A stretch of DNA of 64,000 nt, taken from assembly GCF_006345805.1 (NCBI RefSeq), contig NC_043025.1:13082001-13146000 (forward strand). Direction: 5' to 3'. The notes beneath the pieces were generated by a model. The model did no database searches. It was given only the letters and a program-made list of their open reading frames with translations, and was not told the DNA's origin. Below, piece by piece: positions 61,695-64,000 of the stretch; the stretch's first letter is position 1, and every line of letters starts with the position of its first letter. Source of the stretch: Octopus sinensis. Lineage: Eukaryota. The position numbers and the translations under genes are program-made.

Positions 61695-62991
61695 TAGGGT
61701 CTTCCCAAAAATAATGCAGGGTTTTTTTCAATTGCATGAACTAAAAGTTGGAGGGGAACAGGATAAACCACCTGCATCAACTTGCTATAAAAGCAGGTAA
61801 CAATTTTACCTTGTCATTATTCTTAGTGCAAGTTTTGAAGAGTGCAGTTCGATTTTAACAGTTATTTTTTTCAAAGCTATAATGGAAGTGACAAAGGACC
61901 ATATTCGGCATATTTTGCTTTAGGAGTTCAACAAAAGCAACAACGCAACGGGAAGTGCGGGGAATATTAATACAATATATGGGGATTGGACAATAAGCAC
62001 AAGCCAGTGTCAAAGGTGGTTCCAGAAATGTCAAGCCGGAAACTACTGCCTAGAAGACAAGCTGCATCCTGGAAGATCTGCAGAGCTTGATGAGGACGTC
62101 TGGCAAAACCTGGTGGAACAAAATTCCATCGTAACTGTTGAGGAACTAGCAGAGAAGCCTGGATTTGGTCATTGAACCATTCATCAACACCTGTGTGCCA
62201 TCAGAAAAGTCAGCAAATTGGATCGATGGGTTCCTCACAAATTCTCCAAGGCTAATCACAGGCAGAGAGTGAATGTGTTCTCTTCTTTGCTGTCACGTCT
62301 CATGAATGAACCATTTTTGGACCCAATGGTAACTGGTAACGAGAAATGGGTTTTCTATAAAAATATCAAGCGCCGAAGACTGTGGGTTAGGGAAAGGAGA
62401 AACACCAGCACCCCAGGCTTTTAAAGAAGGTCTTCACCCATGTATGATGTTGTTTTTTGTTTGGCGGGATATAAAAGGTTGAGTCCGCTTTAATCTTTTA
62501 AACCCAAACCAAACGATAACAAAGGAGATATACTGCGAACAGATTGAGTGGCTTGAGTCAGTGTTAGAAGGAAAATGACCAATTATTGGTTTCAAGACAA
62601 AAGGCGTTCTTCCATCAGGATAATGCTTGGCCACAAACAGCAAGGTTGACATTCCAAAGGTTGGAGCAATTTCAGTGAGAAATGATGCCCCACCCACCAT
62701 ATTCGCCAGACATTGCACCATCTGATTATCATTTATTCTGCAGTCTTCAAAATCATTTGGATGGGAAAAATATGAATTCTGTAGACGAGGTCAGAGCAGT
62801 ACTGGAGGAGTATATTTCGTCATAGACAAGTGAAAATTTGGAAAAGCGGCTTTGCAAGTCTACCAGACAGAGTCGAAGAACAGTGTAGAAAATGAAGGAG
62901 AGTATATTTTAGATTAAAAAAGAACTTTGTTTTTTGTTTAAGAAATAAAAGAAGTATAAAAAAAACACACTATTAACAGGATGACCTAATA
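61695..62991 (+). mobile_element. Second decayed mariner copy, about 1.3 kb
   Basis: Collinear with 7888-9139; WVPHKF, VTGNEKW (first catalytic D changed to N), stops and frameshifts, degenerate TIRs in TA context. Confidence 0.9.
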
Positions 62992-63002
62992 CATACATAT
63001 AT

Positions 63003-63290
63003 ATCATCATCATCATCATCGTTTAATGTCTGTTTTCCATGCTAGCATGGGTTGGACGGTTCAACAGGGGTCTGGTAAGCCATGGAGGCTGCACCAGGCT
63101 CCAATCTTGATCTGGCAGAGTTTCTACAGCTGGATGCCTTTCCTAACACCAACCACTCTGAGAGTGTAGTGGGTGCTTTTTACATGCCACTGGCACAGGG
63201 GCCAGGCGAGGCTGGAAATGGCCACGATCGGTGGGTGCTCTTTACATGGCACCGGCACAGTCGCCATTCAAGGTGGCACTGGCATCTCTC
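63003..63290 (-). mobile_element. RTE LINE 3' end
   Basis: (CAT)n tail and reverse-complement 3'UTR. Confidence 0.85.
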
Positions 63291-63454
63291 CTAGAACTAC
63301 ATTGCGGGAACATGTGTCTGTGGAATACTTGGCCACTTGTATGATCATTTCATGAGCAGGCTGTTCTGTCGAATGGTATCAACTGGAAACACTCACTATC
63401 GTGGTAAGCAACAGAGAGATAATTTTTAGTGGTATCCCACCCCAAGACAAAATA

Positions 63455-63686
63455 TATTTCTTTATTGCCCACAAGGAGCTAAACATAGAGGGGACAAACA
63501 AGGACAGACAAACGGATTAAGTAGATTCTATCGGCCCTAGTACGTAACTGGTACTTAATTTATCGATCCCGAAAAGATGAAAGGCAAAGTCGACCTCGGC
63601 GGAATTTGAACTCAGAACGTAAAGGGCAGACGAAATACGGCTACGCATTTCGCCAGGCGTGCTAACGTTTCTGCCAGCTCGCCGCG
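63455..63686 (-). mobile_element. SINE family 3, full length
   Basis: Minus-strand head GCGGCGAGCTGGCAGAAACGTTAGCACG...GAGTTCAAATTCC, ending GGGCAATAAAGAAATA. Confidence 0.88.
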
Positions 63687-64000
63687 ACAAAATAGTGACT
63701 CAGGGGTGTATGACCGCGTGGGGGTGGGGGGCAAGCAGGCGGGCGGGGTGGGGTGTTAGCAGAGACAGTGTCCTTTAGAGATTGTTGTAACGGTGGAGGG
63801 GGAGGGGAGAGCAATCCGAACCCCCTTCTTCATGTCATCATCATCATCATCATCATCTTCATCATACAAGGGGGGGAATGACTTCTGTTGAAATGTCAGG
63901 CAGCTGCCTGTCTGCGACAACAACACCCACACCAACCAACCAACAACAACTACCTGCTGCTACTGTAATGCTATCCTCTTATCCCCTTCTCTACCCCCCC

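Overview
This is AT-rich, repeat-dense animal genomic DNA. It is most likely from a coleoid cephalopod (octopus-like); that is inferred from the SINE/LINE families and from the gene, not from a database hit. One protein-coding gene is supported: a 4-exon, minus-strand intracellular lipid-binding protein (FABP/iLBP family). Its exons are 50585-50513, 35141-34969, 32034-31936 and 30175-30122 (73+173+99+54 = 399 nt, 132 aa), with an intact R106/R126/Y128 triad, a TATA+Inr promoter and a poly(A) signal. From memory it closely resembles the squid-nerve Na+/Ca2+ exchanger regulatory protein ReP1-NCXSQ. The six-frame ORF track misses it except for exon 1. The rest is transposons and simple repeats: several tRNA-derived SINE families, RTE, CR1 and R4-like LINE fragments, two decayed DD34D mariners, non-autonomous Helitrons, TTAA/TA MITEs and long microsatellites. 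No CRISPR array, rRNA or real tRNA gene is supported, and I cannot establish a new multi-gene system. The most unusual signals are: MITE-plus-spacer satellites shared between two loci, Helitrons with tandem 5' modules, a variable-number hairpin module in an RTE 3'UTR, a 2.8 kb polypyrimidine intron ending in an odd tandem acceptor, and several long hairpins. Repeat boundaries were read by eye and are approximate; exon boundaries were counted to the base.
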